64,000 bases of DNA from Raja brachyura (lineage: Eukaryota). Under the pieces are notes generated by a model. It saw nothing but the letters and a program-made list of their open reading frames with translations, did not search any database and had not been told where the DNA came from. Shown here in pieces: positions 37,341-51,170 of this stretch (position 1 is the stretch's first letter; each line of letters opens with the position of its first letter). Location: positions 13,702,001-13,766,000 of the forward strand of contig OY740808.1 of assembly GCA_963514005.1 (NCBI GenBank), read 5' to 3'. The translations under genes and the position numbers were made by a program.

Positions 37341-37734
37341 GCAAGGCAAACTAGATAATTGACTGCCTGGTAACACTGATCTCCCAGCTCTGAAGACTGT
37401 TAGCTACAAAAAAAACCTGCAAGAAATTGAGGAATGCAACCCTATTCAGCTGTGGCATAACCAAGAAATGATGAATCACTGGCCTAACTTCCTTAATATG
37501 TGTGCAGCAGGAGGCTCCTCAATACTTTACTTAGTATAGCAAGAACAGCTCATTCATCTTCTCATATCTGTTCTGCTATCCACTTATTATCCTTATTTAA
37601 ATCTTCAATTCCACTATTTCCTTTCTTCCACTCTCCCGAATATCGTTACCTAACAACACTCTATCTAAGGGTTACATAAAAAGCTGGAGAAACTCAGCGG
37701 GTGCAGCAGCATCTAAGGAGCGAAGGAAATAGGC

Positions 37735-37762
37735 GACGTTTCGGGTCGAGACCCTTCTTCAG
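37735..37762 (-). ncRNA. Minimal hammerhead-ribozyme-like motif in the Penelope pLTR
   Basis: CTGAAGA-A-GGGT-CTCG-ACCC-GAAAC-GTC on the element sense strand: CUGANGA and GAAA core boxes, helix II and a GUC triplet. Activity is not demonstrated. Confidence 0.65.
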
Positions 37763-38011
37763 ACTGGTCAGGGATCAGGAAAACGAGAGATATAGACAGT
37801 GATGTGGAGAGATATAGATGGTGATGTGGAGAGATACAGAACAATGAATGAAAGATATGCAAAAAAGTATCGATGATAAAGGAAACAGGCCATTGTAAGC
37901 TGTTTGTAGTGTGAAAATGAGAAGCTGGTGCGACTTGGGTGGGGGAGAGATAGAGAGAGAAGGAATGCCAGGGCCTGAGGGAGAGGTGGGAAGGGGAGGA
38001 GGCAGCCAGGG

Positions 38012-39235
38012 TTAACAGAATTGAGAAAATTCAATGTTTAAGCCCAGAGGATGCAGACTCCCCAAGCGGAATATGAGGTGCTGTTCCTCCAATTGCGGTG
38101 TTGCTCACTCTGGCTGTGGAGGAGGCCAAGGACTGAGAGGTCGGATACGGAATGGGAGGGGGAGTTGAAGTGCTGAGCCACCGGGAGGTCGGGATGGTTA
38201 TTGCGGACCGAGCGGAGGTGTTCGGCGAAACGATCGCCCAGCCTCCGCTTGGTCTCACCGATATAGATCAGCTGGCATCTGGAGCAACGGATGCAGTAGA
38301 TGAGGTTGGAGGAGGTGCAGGTGAACCTCTGTCGGACTTGGAAGGACTGCTTGGGTCCCGGAAAGGAGTGGATAGGGGAGGTGAAGGGACAAGTGTAGCA
38401 TCTCTTGCGGTTGCAAGGGAAAGTGCCCGGGGAAGGGGTGGAGCGGGAGGGAAGGGAAGAATTGACAAGGGAGTTGCGGAGGGAGCAGTCTTTGCGGAAG
38501 GCAGACTGGGGGGGAGATGGGAAGATGTGGCGAGTGGAGGGGTCACGTTGGAGGTGGCGAAACTGGCGGAGGACTATCTGTTGTATGTGCTGGCTGGTGG
38601 GGTGAAAGGTGAGGACCAGGGGGACTGGGCCCTTGTTGTGAGTGGGGGAATGGGGAGAGAGGGCAGTGTAGCGGGGTATGGAGGAGACCCTGGTGCGAGC
38701 CTCATCTACAGTGGGGGAGGGGAATCCCCGTTCTCTGAAGACTGAGGACTTTTGTGATGACCTGGTGTGGAACACCTCATCCTGGGAGCAGATGCGGTGT
38801 AGACGGAGGAATTGGGAATAGGGGATGGAGTCCTTACAGGAAGCAGGGTGGGAGGAAGAGTAGTCCAGGTAGCTGTGGGAGTCAGTTGGTTTGTAGTGGA
38901 TGTCGGTCAGGAGTGTATCACCTGCAATAGAGATGGTGAGGTCAAGGAATGGTAGGGAAATGTTGGAAATGGTCCAAGTGTATTTTAGTGCCGGATGGAA
39001 GTTGGTGGTGAAATGGATGAAGTCAGTCAGTTGTGTGTGGGTGCAGGAGGGGACACCAAAGCAGTCGTCAATGTAACGGAGATAAAGGTCGGGGGTGGGG
39101 CCCTGGTACGCCGAGAACAAAGATTGTTCGACGTGCCCGACAAAGAGGCAGGCGTAGCTGGGGCCCATGTGTGTGCCCATAGCTATGCTTTGTGTTTGGA
39201 GGAAATGGGAGGAGTCAAAAGAGAAGCCATTGAGG
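38012..39235 (-). pseudogene. Penelope RT/GIY-YIG reading frame, truncated at the 5' end with a 1-nt frameshift near 38091
   Basis: After EQHR the expected C-terminus LEEQHLIFRLGSLHPLGLNIEFSQFC* continues in another frame to TAA at 38014-38012. Confidence 0.8.
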
Positions 39236-39289
39236 AACACTCTATCTAAGCTCTTTAATTTCTAGACTGGCCCATTCAGTCTTTTGGCA

Positions 39290-39500
39290 TCAAAATTCCA
39301 AATACCCGTGATCTATCTCTACCTCTTTGATGACCCTCAGACTATCCTTGATTGGACTTTGCTGGCTTTACCTTGCACTAAACATTATTCTCTTATGTAT
39401 CTACACTCTGTAAATGTAATTACGTATTGTCTTTCTGCTGATTGGTTGCACACAACAAAAGCTTTTCACTGTATCAAAAGTGACAATAAACAAAACTAAA
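39290..39500 (+). repeat. Rex1-type 3' UTR fragment
   Basis: Similar to 14450-14630 (TTGCACTAAACATTATTC...AGCTTTTCACTGTA). Confidence 0.6.
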
Positions 39501-40109
39501 TTGATCTGTCTGCGATGCCTGGTCTGGCTCTCACTTAATAACCCCACCCCATATTGTGGAACACCCATCGCCAGAGCAGATGGTAGCTGATCTAACAAAT
39601 CCCATTTCAAACAGTTTAATTAACTTTTGGGAATTCCGGTGCTACTAAATTGACATCAAAGTTGAGTTCTGGTCAAGAAACCCAAAAGTATCACATTGTT
39701 GGTTCAAACTGATATGTGGAAAGCAGGAATTGCCATTGATATGGTTGAAATGAACAGTTTATTGGGTTTGAATTCAGCAAAAAGGGGGTTTTCAAGATAT
39801 CCAAAATTATTTGGCATTACTCTTATCTGATTGGGATTAAACGTGGACAAGTAAACTGCTCATATTTTAAATCCAAATTCCTCATTTCAACCATTTGGGA
39901 TTCAGTGCTAGCTGTCCTTCCTGTTCACCTGGACCAGCAGGTAATAAGTAGTTTTTCTTCCTCACACAAGAACCCAGGTTGTCGACACAGGGTTGCTAGG
40001 ATGATTCAATCAACATGAAGAGGAAAACAGCTAGGGATGGTGATTAACTAAATTCCAATTAGCCTCCTTTTGCTCTGATATTTAATTTCATTCACATGTT
40101 TAAACTATA

Positions 40110-40252
40110 ATGTTTTATGATTAATGTTTAATGTTTTATGTGTCATTCTTAATTGTTACTGTGTGTCGTGTTGTTATGTGCGAGCGGAGCACCAAGGCAT
40201 ATTCCTTGTATGTATACATACTTGGCCAATAAACTTATTCATTCATTCAATT
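40110..40252 (+). repeat. LINE 3'-end fragment, same family as 36066-36186
   Basis: See 36066-36186; ends in (ATTC)n. Confidence 0.65.
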
Positions 40253-40999
40253 CAAGTTTTAAAAAAACTATTTTCAGGATCTGAGCATCACCAGCAAGAG
40301 AGGCATGAAGTGTGCCGTCCTTCTGGTAGGGGTGTTTCTGCAGTGCAGAAAGCTCTAGCCTCAGACCCGGTGACAATAAAGGATCAGCTATGTATTTCCA
40401 AGCTAATATTGTGTGACTTGGAGGAGAATCTGCATGTAGATGCCTGGTCCCCTTGTCCATATTAGTGATGGCATATCAGCCACTAGGCTTGGAGCAACTT
40501 TGCATGTTTGACTTTGGTGCTTATTGCAATGCTGGATGATCTGTGCAGTTTTATTACATTTGTTTAAACATGATGTTCACCACTCCAGAGAGCATTTCAA
40601 AGGAAACCACATGTAGGCCAGACCAGGGAAAGACGACAGGAGTTAACCAGATGGGTCGTCTGCAATCATGCAGATTTTTACGGTTGTCTTTGCAGATATT
40701 CGTCGGCACTTTTGTCCAAACCAAACTCTGGATTATTAATTCTGGATAATTCATTTAAATTCCACTACTGCCCTGCTGGGATTGAGCTCAATTCTCTGGG
40801 TTGCTGGTTGGGTCTCCATGTTGCCAGTCTATTGACTTTCTAACTGTAGCAATGTAAAGTAATACAAATTATAGCTAATACAAAAGCACATCAACAAAAA
40901 GGGCACATGTGACTAATTGTTTTTCATTGATATTCCGAGGCTGTGAGATTAAATCTTACACTCGAGATGTCTAGGCTAACGCTGCAATCATTACCGAGT

Positions 41000-41295
41000 G
41001 TTGGTGTACTGTGTCGAGATGCCTTATCGTCTTGGACAAGATTAGACTACGTTCAATTGTAATTGTGTGGCACTCAGAGGTATCCTGGCCATCTTTTATC
41101 CCTCAAGGAACATCAACAACAGATTATTTGGTCATTACATTTAAATTACAAGTGAGAGCTTGGTGTTGACAAATCATTTGCCAAGTTTCCTACATTGTCA
41201 ATGACCATTTTTCAAAAGTATGTCATTTGTACAAAGTGCTTTGTAATGTCTTGAGGTTGGTTAAAAAAAGGCTGTATGAATGCAGATTCTTTCTT
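41000..41295 (+). mobile_element. Ancient Deu-domain SINE relic (SacSINE1/AmnSINE1-like); similar relics at about 51860-52200 and 53150-53500
   Basis: GGT.TCCTGGCCA..TTTATCCCTCAA...AACAGATTAT.TGGTCATTA...TTTCCTACATT...TTCAAAAGTA resembles the Deu domain as recalled; not aligned computationally. Confidence 0.5.
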
Positions 41296-44200
41296 TGACA
41301 TGCAAGTTCCCCTATCTACAAATCCTAACTATGAAGACAAAATTTATCAGTAGCTAACAAAAGGAGTATCATTAGGAAATAGATTCCTACAACATAGGCA
41401 AAAGGTATTTAATATATCTTTTAAAACATGTTTCTAATTTAACTATAGTTTCCATTTAGATTGTCATGATTAGTCTCAAAGCACCAAGAAAGGAAACTGA
41501 GCTTATGAAGGAAACCGCAAAGTCTGAGTTCACATTTTACAACACCACAGATCTCAAGCCGAGCTGCAACGAAAAGTCGTTGGCACACTGTGGATATAAA
41601 ACCTGGCCATGCACCTGACCACATTCATCACTGAATGGTAGTCATATGATACAAAAGATCACTGCACACAACAGTCAATGATGCAGACAGTTATTAGGTG
41701 TGGGCGTCATGCAAAGTCAGCATTTATTGGCTGGCATAAATTACATGAGAAGATGGAGGCGAGTCAATTCTTGAACCAGCTTTCTGGTGAAGTGCTCCCA
41801 CAATGTTGTTGGAGAGGGAGTTCCAAAATTGCGATCCAACCAAGTGCTGGAGCAACTCAGCAGGTCAGAAAGCATCTTTGGAAGACATGGATAGGTAATA
41901 TTTTGGGTTGGATCCCTTCAGATTTGTAAAACCAGCATCAGCAGTTCCTTGTGTCCAAGATAATGTGCAAGTTGGAGGGGAACCCACAAGTGTTGTGGTT
42001 CACATATACTCATTGCCCTTGTCTTTTGAGATGCACCAAACATTGTTGAAACTAACTGCAGGGCATTTTGTCCAATTGTAAAACACTGCAGCCAGGGTGT
42101 GGCAATAGTGGAGGGATGGAATATTTGGAGATCAGGAGATGAGACACTTGCATCTGACCAGCTTTTGTAGCAGTATTAGGATGCTGCTTGTTGGAAACCT
42201 GCTAACAGTAATGTCATTGAATATCAAGGGCAGGTTCTTTAACCTTTTTTACTGCTTTAATTGATTGCTGCTGTGGAGAGATACATCTGCAACATCCAGA
42301 TTACGAGAATTGGGAGAGGAAGGTTTATTCATGTTTGTTTTCTCTCCATTTGCTACAGATTTAGCGTGGCTGCATTACCTGTCAGAACTACCAAGTTTCC
42401 CAGAGTGCAGGAGATCGCCAGGTTGCAAACACCCAGCTTATGGACACTCACATACACAAATGTGCTCTTTTCATACCAAAATACAAAGTCAGACATACCG
42501 TAGTTCCTATGAACGGCAGAACTAGTTTCCACTCTTTCCCCGTTCCTGGTAATTGTTCTTTATCAGTCTTATGTGCTTTTGATATCATTCACTGCACAGG
42601 TATAGTTATATTTCTAACTTACGGACAAAATCAACTTTATGGCTATGTGTATAGATGCAACCTATTCCTTTCCTGTGGACGGCAAGTATACACTCAACCT
42701 TTATTCACTTCCAGAATGGGCTATAGTACACATAGGACTATCGATCATCCTGTCTCAGTTAATGATAAGTAATAATTAGGGGTTTCCTTGTCCCCGTTTG
42801 ACTTGGTGCCATGAGACAAAGAGATAGAAGGGAAGTAATGGAGACTTCAACAGCGAAAACATGCAGGGCCGTTCCCTTCAGACTCTACTTCATTTGTCCA
42901 ATCACCTGCAGTAGTGCAGGATATGGGCACAAAAACACAATGGGAGCAGATGAGATGCTGGTTGAAAAGAGCCATGTTGTTCGTGAATCAGTCCGGCTAC
43001 TTTGAACCAACCCACTGGTTTCATCGTTACAATTACAAATGCTCTCTTTATAAAATTCACAACTGTTTTTTATTCACTGAAGTGAAGTTAAATTCTCTTG
43101 CTGTTGCATTGGGGTTTGAGCACGGCACCAGATGGTTAATCCAGGCCTCAGGGTAGCTAGTCCAGTCATTAAACCAAACGCATCCATTCCCAGAGAAGGA
43201 TATACATCTCCTGCACAAATTAGATCTGGGTACAGTGCAAGCACTTTCTACGTAAACCAGTTCTTGGACACACCGCAGACACCTCCTCTTTAATTAGATC
43301 ATTGGTGTATTGCAGCCGGCAGCCACAGCCTACACAACAGGACCAATTTGGTTGTCAAAAGCTAGCGGTGAAGCTAAGGAACTCACTGTTAAATGAGGCA
43401 ACAACTTCTGAAGGGGCAGATGCGCAAATAAATATGAATAGCAAAACCCTGCTGCGCCATTTGTTCTGCTCCACTGGAAGCTTTTTATAAAGAGTATTTC
43501 ACTATTGTACGGTGAAAGCTTTCGTGCGGTGGGTATGGATTAAGCCTGAAGCAGATGAGTAACTGCAGGTATATGTAGCTTTTTAATAATGTGATAAGTG
43601 TTGATGTTAATGACTACCAAGGGACTATATAGACAGCGACTCAACATGCTAGCAGATAGATCAGAAAATTAATTTCTAATATTTTATTGGTGACATTTTG
43701 AAGCTCTCTATCAAAACTGCAGTTCCCTTTTAACAGAAATGAAACCCTATGGACTTAACTGAATAATTGAGAAATTCAGCTGCCTTTGCCTGAACCATCC
43801 GTAGGAGGTGACACAAAGTTTGAATTAAATATAGATGGTAGTTAAAAAATAGAACCTGTGGGGAGTTTTTAAAAAAACACGCAAATAATAATTATTGAGA
43901 GTCATTTTCCCTTCTCTGTGTGTGTCAGCCCCCCCCCCCCCCCCGAGGCAAAAATATGAAGCAATCAGCGGTGATGGATGCACACACAACTTCATTAGAG
44001 TTGCTGACAGATAATTATACATTAGCACAGGTTGATTTCAATGGGAGAATGGCAACATGAATGATGCAATACCAGTGCCGTCACCAGCAATCCCAAAGCT
44101 GCTGTCATGTCATGGTGCCAGCAACAGCCAGAGAGGGAGGTGTGAGCAGCAGGCCACCAAGACAGGATGAGCAAAAACCGTGATGCTGAAAAATTCATTA

Positions 44201-45769
44201 ACCTACCAAGGCGGGATGGTGGTTGGGGGGGGGGGGCGGGGGGGGTGTCTTTTATGTTTTGTAAACACAACTTTTGGCCAGCAGATATATTCTTAACGCT
44301 GTCTGGCAAGGCAAGGCAACAAAAATCAATGTAAATCCAGAATGCCACAAAAGACTTGACCAAAAACCTGAGCAAGTAGCACAGTTGACTGGAAGGATAA
44401 GTAGAAGCAACTGTGATTTAACACACGTGCAAACATGTGAAATGGTAGGGAAGAAACACTGATAAAGCAGTGCCATTTGTCACTCCTTAAAATGCAGCCT
44501 GCAGAACAAGGGATGTTTAAGTTAAATCTCATCGTGTATTGTGTTATCTTTATTCGATTGGCTGTATGGTAACTCAAATCTCTGTATAGTAACTCAAGTT
44601 ACATTTACAATAAATGTAACTCGAACTTGAACTCCCAACTCAAATGTGTATGCCACCGCCAATGCATAACTCAGTCATTATTTACGTACAGGGCTGCACA
44701 CCAAATAAATCAACCCAAATGTTCCCAATTCAGAAACCATAGATGATCTGCGAGGTCCACTGCTTGGTGAAATCTATGTTTGTGGTGATACCTGGAAGTG
44801 TAAGCACTGGTTTACAAAAAAAACGTTGGAGTAACTCAGCGGATCAGACTGAAGAAGGGTCCCGATCTTTATCTTTCAAGCTTGTGGCGGTAAGGTCGAA
44901 AGTTCCTGACCGGTTCAGGAAATCTAGGTGTGATCTTTGTGAAGCTATCAGGGAAGCCTATTGATTGTGGCAAGCTAGCACGCTCCAACTGACTATAAAT
45001 TGAAGCCGGGCGGCTTTGCTGGCAACAATGCATCTCTCCCTGACAAGATCTATGCATTTTAAGCACGTTTTTAAACAGAAAGTTGTGAAATTATGTCACT
45101 GTCAGTCTCAGGTGCACCTGCATCCAAGGTCACAGACTTCAGATCGGCCTTCCCAAGAGTGAACATGCAAAAAGTGACTGGCATGGTTGGAATCCCCAAC
45201 TGTGTCCTCAGAACCTGCACGTAGCATCTAGCAGTATTCTCAGCATCTTTAAACTCTCCCTACACCCAAAACTCTGTGGTTCCGACCTGCTTCGAGACCA
45301 CAACCATAGAAAAGCAAGGTAAGTTACTACGTTAATATGTACTCTGACATCCGCCATCATGAAGCTTTGATTGGCTAGTCATAGAGCACATGAACTCCAG
45401 CCTCTCAGATGGCCTTGATCAACTGAAATGCGACTTTGTGATCCAAGACTACAATCAGTAAGGACAAGTGACAAAAATCTTCCATGATAATTCTCAACAC
45501 TGGCACCCTGCACACTTAAGTTCTATACTCCCTGTACACACCACAGCCAAATCCCACTCTAACCCCACATACAGGTCTGGAATTGGCACTAGGATAGTGG
45601 GCTGGATCTCCATGATGAGACGGCATATGGGAAGAAGATATAGAGGTTAGTCGCATGGTGTCAAGATAGCAACCTCTCCCTCAATGTCTAGCAAAATGAA
45701 GAAACTGTATGTTAGTACACAGTATAATAATACATCAATACCAACATGCACAAAGCCAACATCACATTT

Positions 45770-46740
45770 TAAAAACAGAAAAAAAAGACAACTGTGACAA
45801 CCCTCTTCTCTTTTGCTGGGAGGACTCTTGCAGAGGAAAAACACCAGAATCTCAGTTTGCCTTCAGACCATCAAAGCGCATCACTGACTAGATTTTTGCA
45901 ACCAGGCAAATCCAGCAAGAGTATCCAGATCAACGCCAAGAGCCGTTTGCTGATGGAGTTTGCTGATTTGCCCACAGCTTTTGACTCTTTCATTTGAGAG
46001 GTTCTATGAAAATTAATGTCAAAGCTTGACTGCCTAAATTATTTTAGTTTTAAAACTCCTCCATGAACAAATGACAGCTGCCACAAAATGGATTCATCTC
46101 AAAACGCTTTGCCATCCAAACTAGGGCAAAGCAGGTTTTTGTTCTGCTACATGACCTTTTAGACTTTGCTTTAGACTTTAGAGATACAATATAGAAATAG
46201 GCCCTTCAGACCATCGAGTCCACGCCGGCCAGTGATCACCCTGTACACTAGCACTATCCTACACACTAGGCTCAATTGTTTTCTGAAGCAATTAACCTCC
46301 TTATCTGTACGCCTTTGGAGTGTGGGAGAAAACCGGAGCACCTGGAGAAATCCCACACGGGTATAGGAAGAACGTACAAACTCTGTACAGACAGCACCCG
46401 CAGTCAGGATAGAACCCAGGTCTCTGGTGCTGTAAGGCAGCAACTCCACCACTGTGCCACTGTATCGCCCTGCATCTTCTTCATTTTTCTGGCAGTGATG
46501 GAGATGGTAATCCAAATTCATTGGACATTAGCATTGTGCTGGGGCTAGTCACACTTAACTGCTCATGGCCCCGTAACAGAACTAAATTGACGACAATAAT
46601 CAAATGTCAGATGATTGTGCTATAGTTGTACTTTATCATGAGGACATACAAACAGGCTTTAACTGCAGAGCATTACAAAAAGCCGGGAGCTAATTCTAAA
46701 TTTATATTAAACAAAAAGGACTCCAGGACCAGCCAGCTCC
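45770..46740 (+). mobile_element. Ancient RTE-type LINE RT relic interrupted by a SINE
   Basis: Degenerate LAEE..PESQFAFRPS, FADLPTAFDS and DDCA motifs on both sides of the SINE at 46158-46470. Confidence 0.55.
46158..46470 (-). mobile_element. tRNA-derived SINE (HE1/V-SINE-like)
   Basis: Homologous to 7233-7534, with a (TCTAAAG)n-like tail. Confidence 0.85.
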
Positions 46741-46999
46741 CTGTTATCTTAATGCAGACATTCATCTGAAGAAGGGTTTCCACCCGAAATGTCAGTCCAT
46801 TTCACCCCACCCCACATTTCGTGCCTGACCCACTGAATTCCTCCAGCAGTCTGTTTTCATGATTCCAGGATTCGTTTTTTGTGCCTTCCTATTATTCATT
46901 ATTCCCAGCTAAAAACCTAAACAGATAATACATGACCATTTGATTCCTCAAGGGAACATTTCCAGGGTTTATCTTAGCCACCTTGTTTTTTTTCCTTGG

Positions 47000-47312
47000 A
47001 ACAGTGGCAAGGTGGCAGAGCAACTGCCCCACAGTGCCAGACACCCGCGTTCGATCGTGACTTCGGGTGCTATCTGTGTGGAGTTTGCATGTTCTTCCTG
47101 TGACCATGTGAGATTTCTTCTGGGTGTTCCTGGCCCCTCTCACACCCAAATAGGTGCGGGTTTGCATGGTAATTTGCCTTGGAAATTGCCCCTAATGTGC
47201 AAGGAGTGGGTGCGGAAGGGGAATAACTGAACCAATGGGAACGGGTGATTGATAGCCGACATGGACTTGGTGGGTTGTCGGGCCTGTTTCCATGCTGTAT
47301 TTTTAATAAAAT
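47000..47312 (+). mobile_element. tRNA-derived SINE (HE1/V-SINE-like), plus orientation
   Basis: GGTGGCAGAG...GCGTTCGATC B box, central TGTGTGGAGTTTGCATGTTCT and 3' GGGCCTGTTTCCATGCTGTA. Confidence 0.78.
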
Positions 47313-48097
47313 AAAGGCCCCATAGCAGAAGCGGCCACGTAGCGGGGCTGGAAACTGGAAGTATCCCGAGCTAATTCTGCTACCACCATCATCTATTGCA
47401 ACAAGTGATGGCTCTCACCGATTGTCGCCGGAAGCTTCCGTCCTTTTCAGGACGGACGATGACAGCAATGTCAACATTTGAAACATGGAAGATGGACACG
47501 AAAGAAGAATAAAAAAAAGTCATATGCCTGCCTAAAAGGGAAGGATGTAACTCATCATAATGCATCTGTATTATGATTTTTGGCATAATACATCTGTATT
47601 ATGAGCTGGCATTTTGCTGCTTATGATTTAAAATTTTCAGAGAACCGTTTCTAAAATAGAAATTAATCATGTTTGGACACGTCCTCGAAAATCCACCACT
47701 TCATGTTAGCCAATGAACTGATTTGACCCAGGCCACTCAAAACTCAGTTAATTTTAAGGAAAATGAAACTGGCGGAGGACATTTCTTGATGGTTTTTCTT
47801 CCTACAGTCTGTGAACGTTGCCCATTAGAAGCAGAATAAGTGCACACATAGCCAGTAGCCTAAAATTAAAAAAGGCTGGAAATACACCACATGTCAGGCC
47901 TCCATCATTAAGTGCTTTGAGAGGCTGGTCATAGTGCGCAGATGGTCTTGATCCTCCAAAATGTAACTTTCTGATCCATAGACCACTATCAGTGAGGATG
48001 TGTGACAAAACATCCTCGATGATCTTGTTCAATGTTTCAGGTTGAAGATCTTTTGCCAAAACTGGAAGGTGGAAAAATAAACTTGCTAACCTGTTAA

Positions 48098-48192
48098 CTG
48101 AGTTGGATGATCGGCCATGATCATATTGAATGGCGGTGCGGGCTCGAAGGGCCGAATGGCCTACTCCTGCACCTATTTTCTATGTTTCTATG
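48098..48192 (+). mobile_element. CR1 3' terminal fragment
   Basis: Nearly identical to 3628-3722. Confidence 0.85.
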
Positions 48193-48864
48193 TTTGTTGG
48201 GTGATTGGAGGTGGGAAGGTTTTTTTCCCTTTAGGACACGATAGGTATGACAATGGGATAATTGTTTCGCTGTTTCTCTTCCAACATAGCGTATGTCTCA
48301 CTCTGTATCTTCTCCCAATAATTGCTGATCAGATAGCCTTGTTTACAGCTTATCCCACCGTCACCCAAGCTTTACCCTCCGAGACATCCTCTTCCGGCAG
48401 CTTAACAAGCTTCTTTTCTCTCCCAGTTCTGACAAAGGGTCCCCAGCTTGAAACGCAACTATTTTCCTTCCCACAGACCCAGCCTGACCTCTTCAGTATT
48501 TCCAGCATTTTCTGTTTTAATTTAAAGATTTCCAGCATCTGCAGTTTAAAAAAAAATTTCATTCACTAGTCTCATGGTAATCATTGATGGAAGAAAGTCA
48601 CAAATTAAATATGAAAGCTTTCAAGGGTTGGAATTTATTGAGAAAAAAAAAAAACTGTCCTCGTCTCACCGTCCCCTCCCCCAGAACAGAACATCAGTTT
48701 GTATTCAGACATTCTGTGCCGCAGCCAAGTACCAAATACCATTTAGAAGCGAGGCCAATAATAGTAGTAACTTGGATTACATATCAGTTGAGACCCAATT
48801 CTCTTACAGAACAGGCTCAGACAGTCAGAGTTGGGTGATGATTGGACATCACGAGTTCTTATAC

Positions 48865-49088
48865 GGACAAAAAGGTAGAGTAACTCAGCGGGTCAGACTA
48901 TCTCTGGGGAAAAGGAATTGGTGACGTTTCGGGTCCAGTCCCTTCTTTAGACTGAATCAGTCTTCAGAGTATGAAGACCCGAAACATCACCTATTCCTTT
49001 TCTCCAGAGATGCTGTCTGACCAGCTGAGTTACTCCAGCTTTTTGTATCCATCTCGGTTTAAACCAGCATCTGCAGCTCCTTCCTACA
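48865..49088. mobile_element. Diverged inverted Penelope pLTR dimer
   Basis: GAGTAACTCAGCGGGTCAG...GTGACGTTTCGGGTC followed by GACCCGAAACATCACC...CTGAGTTACTCCAGC. Confidence 0.75.
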
Positions 49089-51170
49089 CAAGTTATAAAC
49101 TGTATGAAATTTACATCCAAATACTTGATAAGGAGGTTGAAAGGAAAAGTAAAATAATCTCTGAAAAGAAAGAAGTGTCACAATGATTCAAAGCTATTTA
49201 CCTTGTTGGGGCTATGTGGGGGGAGAAGTGCAGAAGAGGGGGTTTCCCCTGTGAGTGGACAAGTGAAGTCTAGACAAGGGTTAAAAACTGGAACAGTTTT
49301 TTTTTCATAATATGATTATGCCTCACTTGCAGAATCAGCAGCATTCATTGGCCCATTGCTCACATTGATACAGACTTTCACTCTGATACCATGGAGTTGT
49401 CATGGACACAAATTATTCATTCTTATACCGGCAAGCAGTAGGGATCTGTCCTCGTCAACAACTTGCATCAGACATATGCTCCACAGTAAATGAGGAAAAA
49501 GGCAGACAATGCTAATCCTTTATACTGGGATTGTGCTGCTGATTCCTGGTGGACTAGGGCTATTAGAGAGACAAAACCTGCCAGATCCATTTCAGCTTAG
49601 TACAAACATTAAAATAAAGCTTTTATTTACAGAGCAAAATAAATGGGGTGGGCAAAAGTGAGGTCAAAGCAATGGACTGGGAAAACGTAAGAGCTGAAAT
49701 GTGCACCTCTGACCTGCCACCTCTTTGTGTAGACAGTTTTCGCCACCTTAGTTACATTGGACTGAATGCTTGAAAGTATGTTATTTATCTCTGGATAAAT
49801 ATTGAAGGCTTGCGTTCTCCTCAAGAGATCCTGATCTCGCAGGCCACAGTGTGTATTTTCTGTAGTATGACCTTAGGATCCTTCTTGAAGATGAATGGAA
49901 CGTTTTCAGTCTTACAACCTGGCAGCTCTCAACTTTGATACAAAATTGGCCATAATGCTGTGATATTATTCTATCCTATTTAAAAGCATAAAATCTTATT
50001 TTTTTTTTAAACTGTATACACTAATTACATTGCAATCTACAAAAATCCTGGGATTACCATTAAAAATTGTCCAGATCATGCAATTTTAATCAACTGGCAG
50101 AATAAAGATATTATTGATTAAATCCTCTATAAATTGCAATTTAAACAAACATATCCTATGCATCAGATTATGCCAAAGTCAAATGACTTCACTGCTTGTT
50201 CAAAAGGAAAAATAAAACTGGCTGCTCAGATTAGCTGTCAGCTAATTAGGAAACTGGATCCAGAAATACAAAGCATGGGAAGAAGCTAGAAAATACAGAA
50301 TACAAAATATTGACACAATTTTGTTTTTTGTCCTATATTTTACAGTTGCACACATGTATTCAAGTTGCGAATATAATACACAAACACTCAAGAATGAAGG
50401 ACGCCGCAGAAAATGGTAGACATTGCCTGGTTCATCAGAAGTACCAACTCCCCACTATTGAAGGCATCTCTACAGGAAGAGCTGCCTCAAGGTTGTAGCT
50501 ACTATTAAATACCCATACCACCCTGGCCAACACCAAACTATTACAGATCTTGCACTATTGTAGCTTAGCTTGCACTATCGTGGTCTGGTTTACCAAGAGT
50601 AACTGAACAAATTAAGTGTGTATTTATTGCTTGTTGCATTTATTGTGGCTGTAAAGCAGCAGCAATTCAAGAATGTCATTGTTCTGGACCCAGTCCCGTG
50701 ACAATTAAACACTCTTGACATTGCAAATGCAAGAGCTGGAACGGCTTACTCTCTATTGATCTGAAGGGACACAGTGTAAATAGTACAAGATATTTAGATT
50801 TACTAGCACCACGAAAATATACAAGCCAGCGGCAACTGCGATCAAACATAACATCAGCTCTGGTTGCCAAGACACAGAACTGTTCCAGTAATAGAGGAGG
50901 TGCCGAGAAGCCAATCCTCATTGTGACGGGTCAGACCTGGGAAATGACAATAGATTTTTGTCCTGAAAATAAGAGCTCCAACACTGCCAATGATGAATAC
51001 AACTACGGAAGCGAAGAGGGCAAATCCAGCCCACACCCTTAAATAGCAAAACAAAATGAGAAGAGCAAACACACATTCAAACTAGTAAAAAGGTACATTT
51101 AAGCCTCAACAAGATCTTTTTTTTAAAATAAAGCATGAGCAACATATCAATCAGGATAAGAGTAAAATAA

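Larger units (their letters stand above)
37670..39235 (-). mobile_element. 5'-truncated Penelope-like retroelement (probably Neptune clade): C-terminal RT, GIY-YIG endonuclease and 3' pLTR
   Basis: ORF 38038..39240 has the RT motifs AMGTHMGPSYA and YLRYIDD, a Cys linker CNRKRCYTC, and GIY-YIG (LIYCIRCSRCQLIYIGETKRRLGDRFAEH). Flanked by the 15-bp TSD AACACTCTATCTAAG (37655-37669, 39236-39250). Confidence 0.92.

Noticed and set aside
38152-38745. 197-aa plus-strand ORF (and 38268..38546, 38995..39249)
   Set aside because: Antisense or alternate-frame shadows of the GC-rich Penelope ORF.
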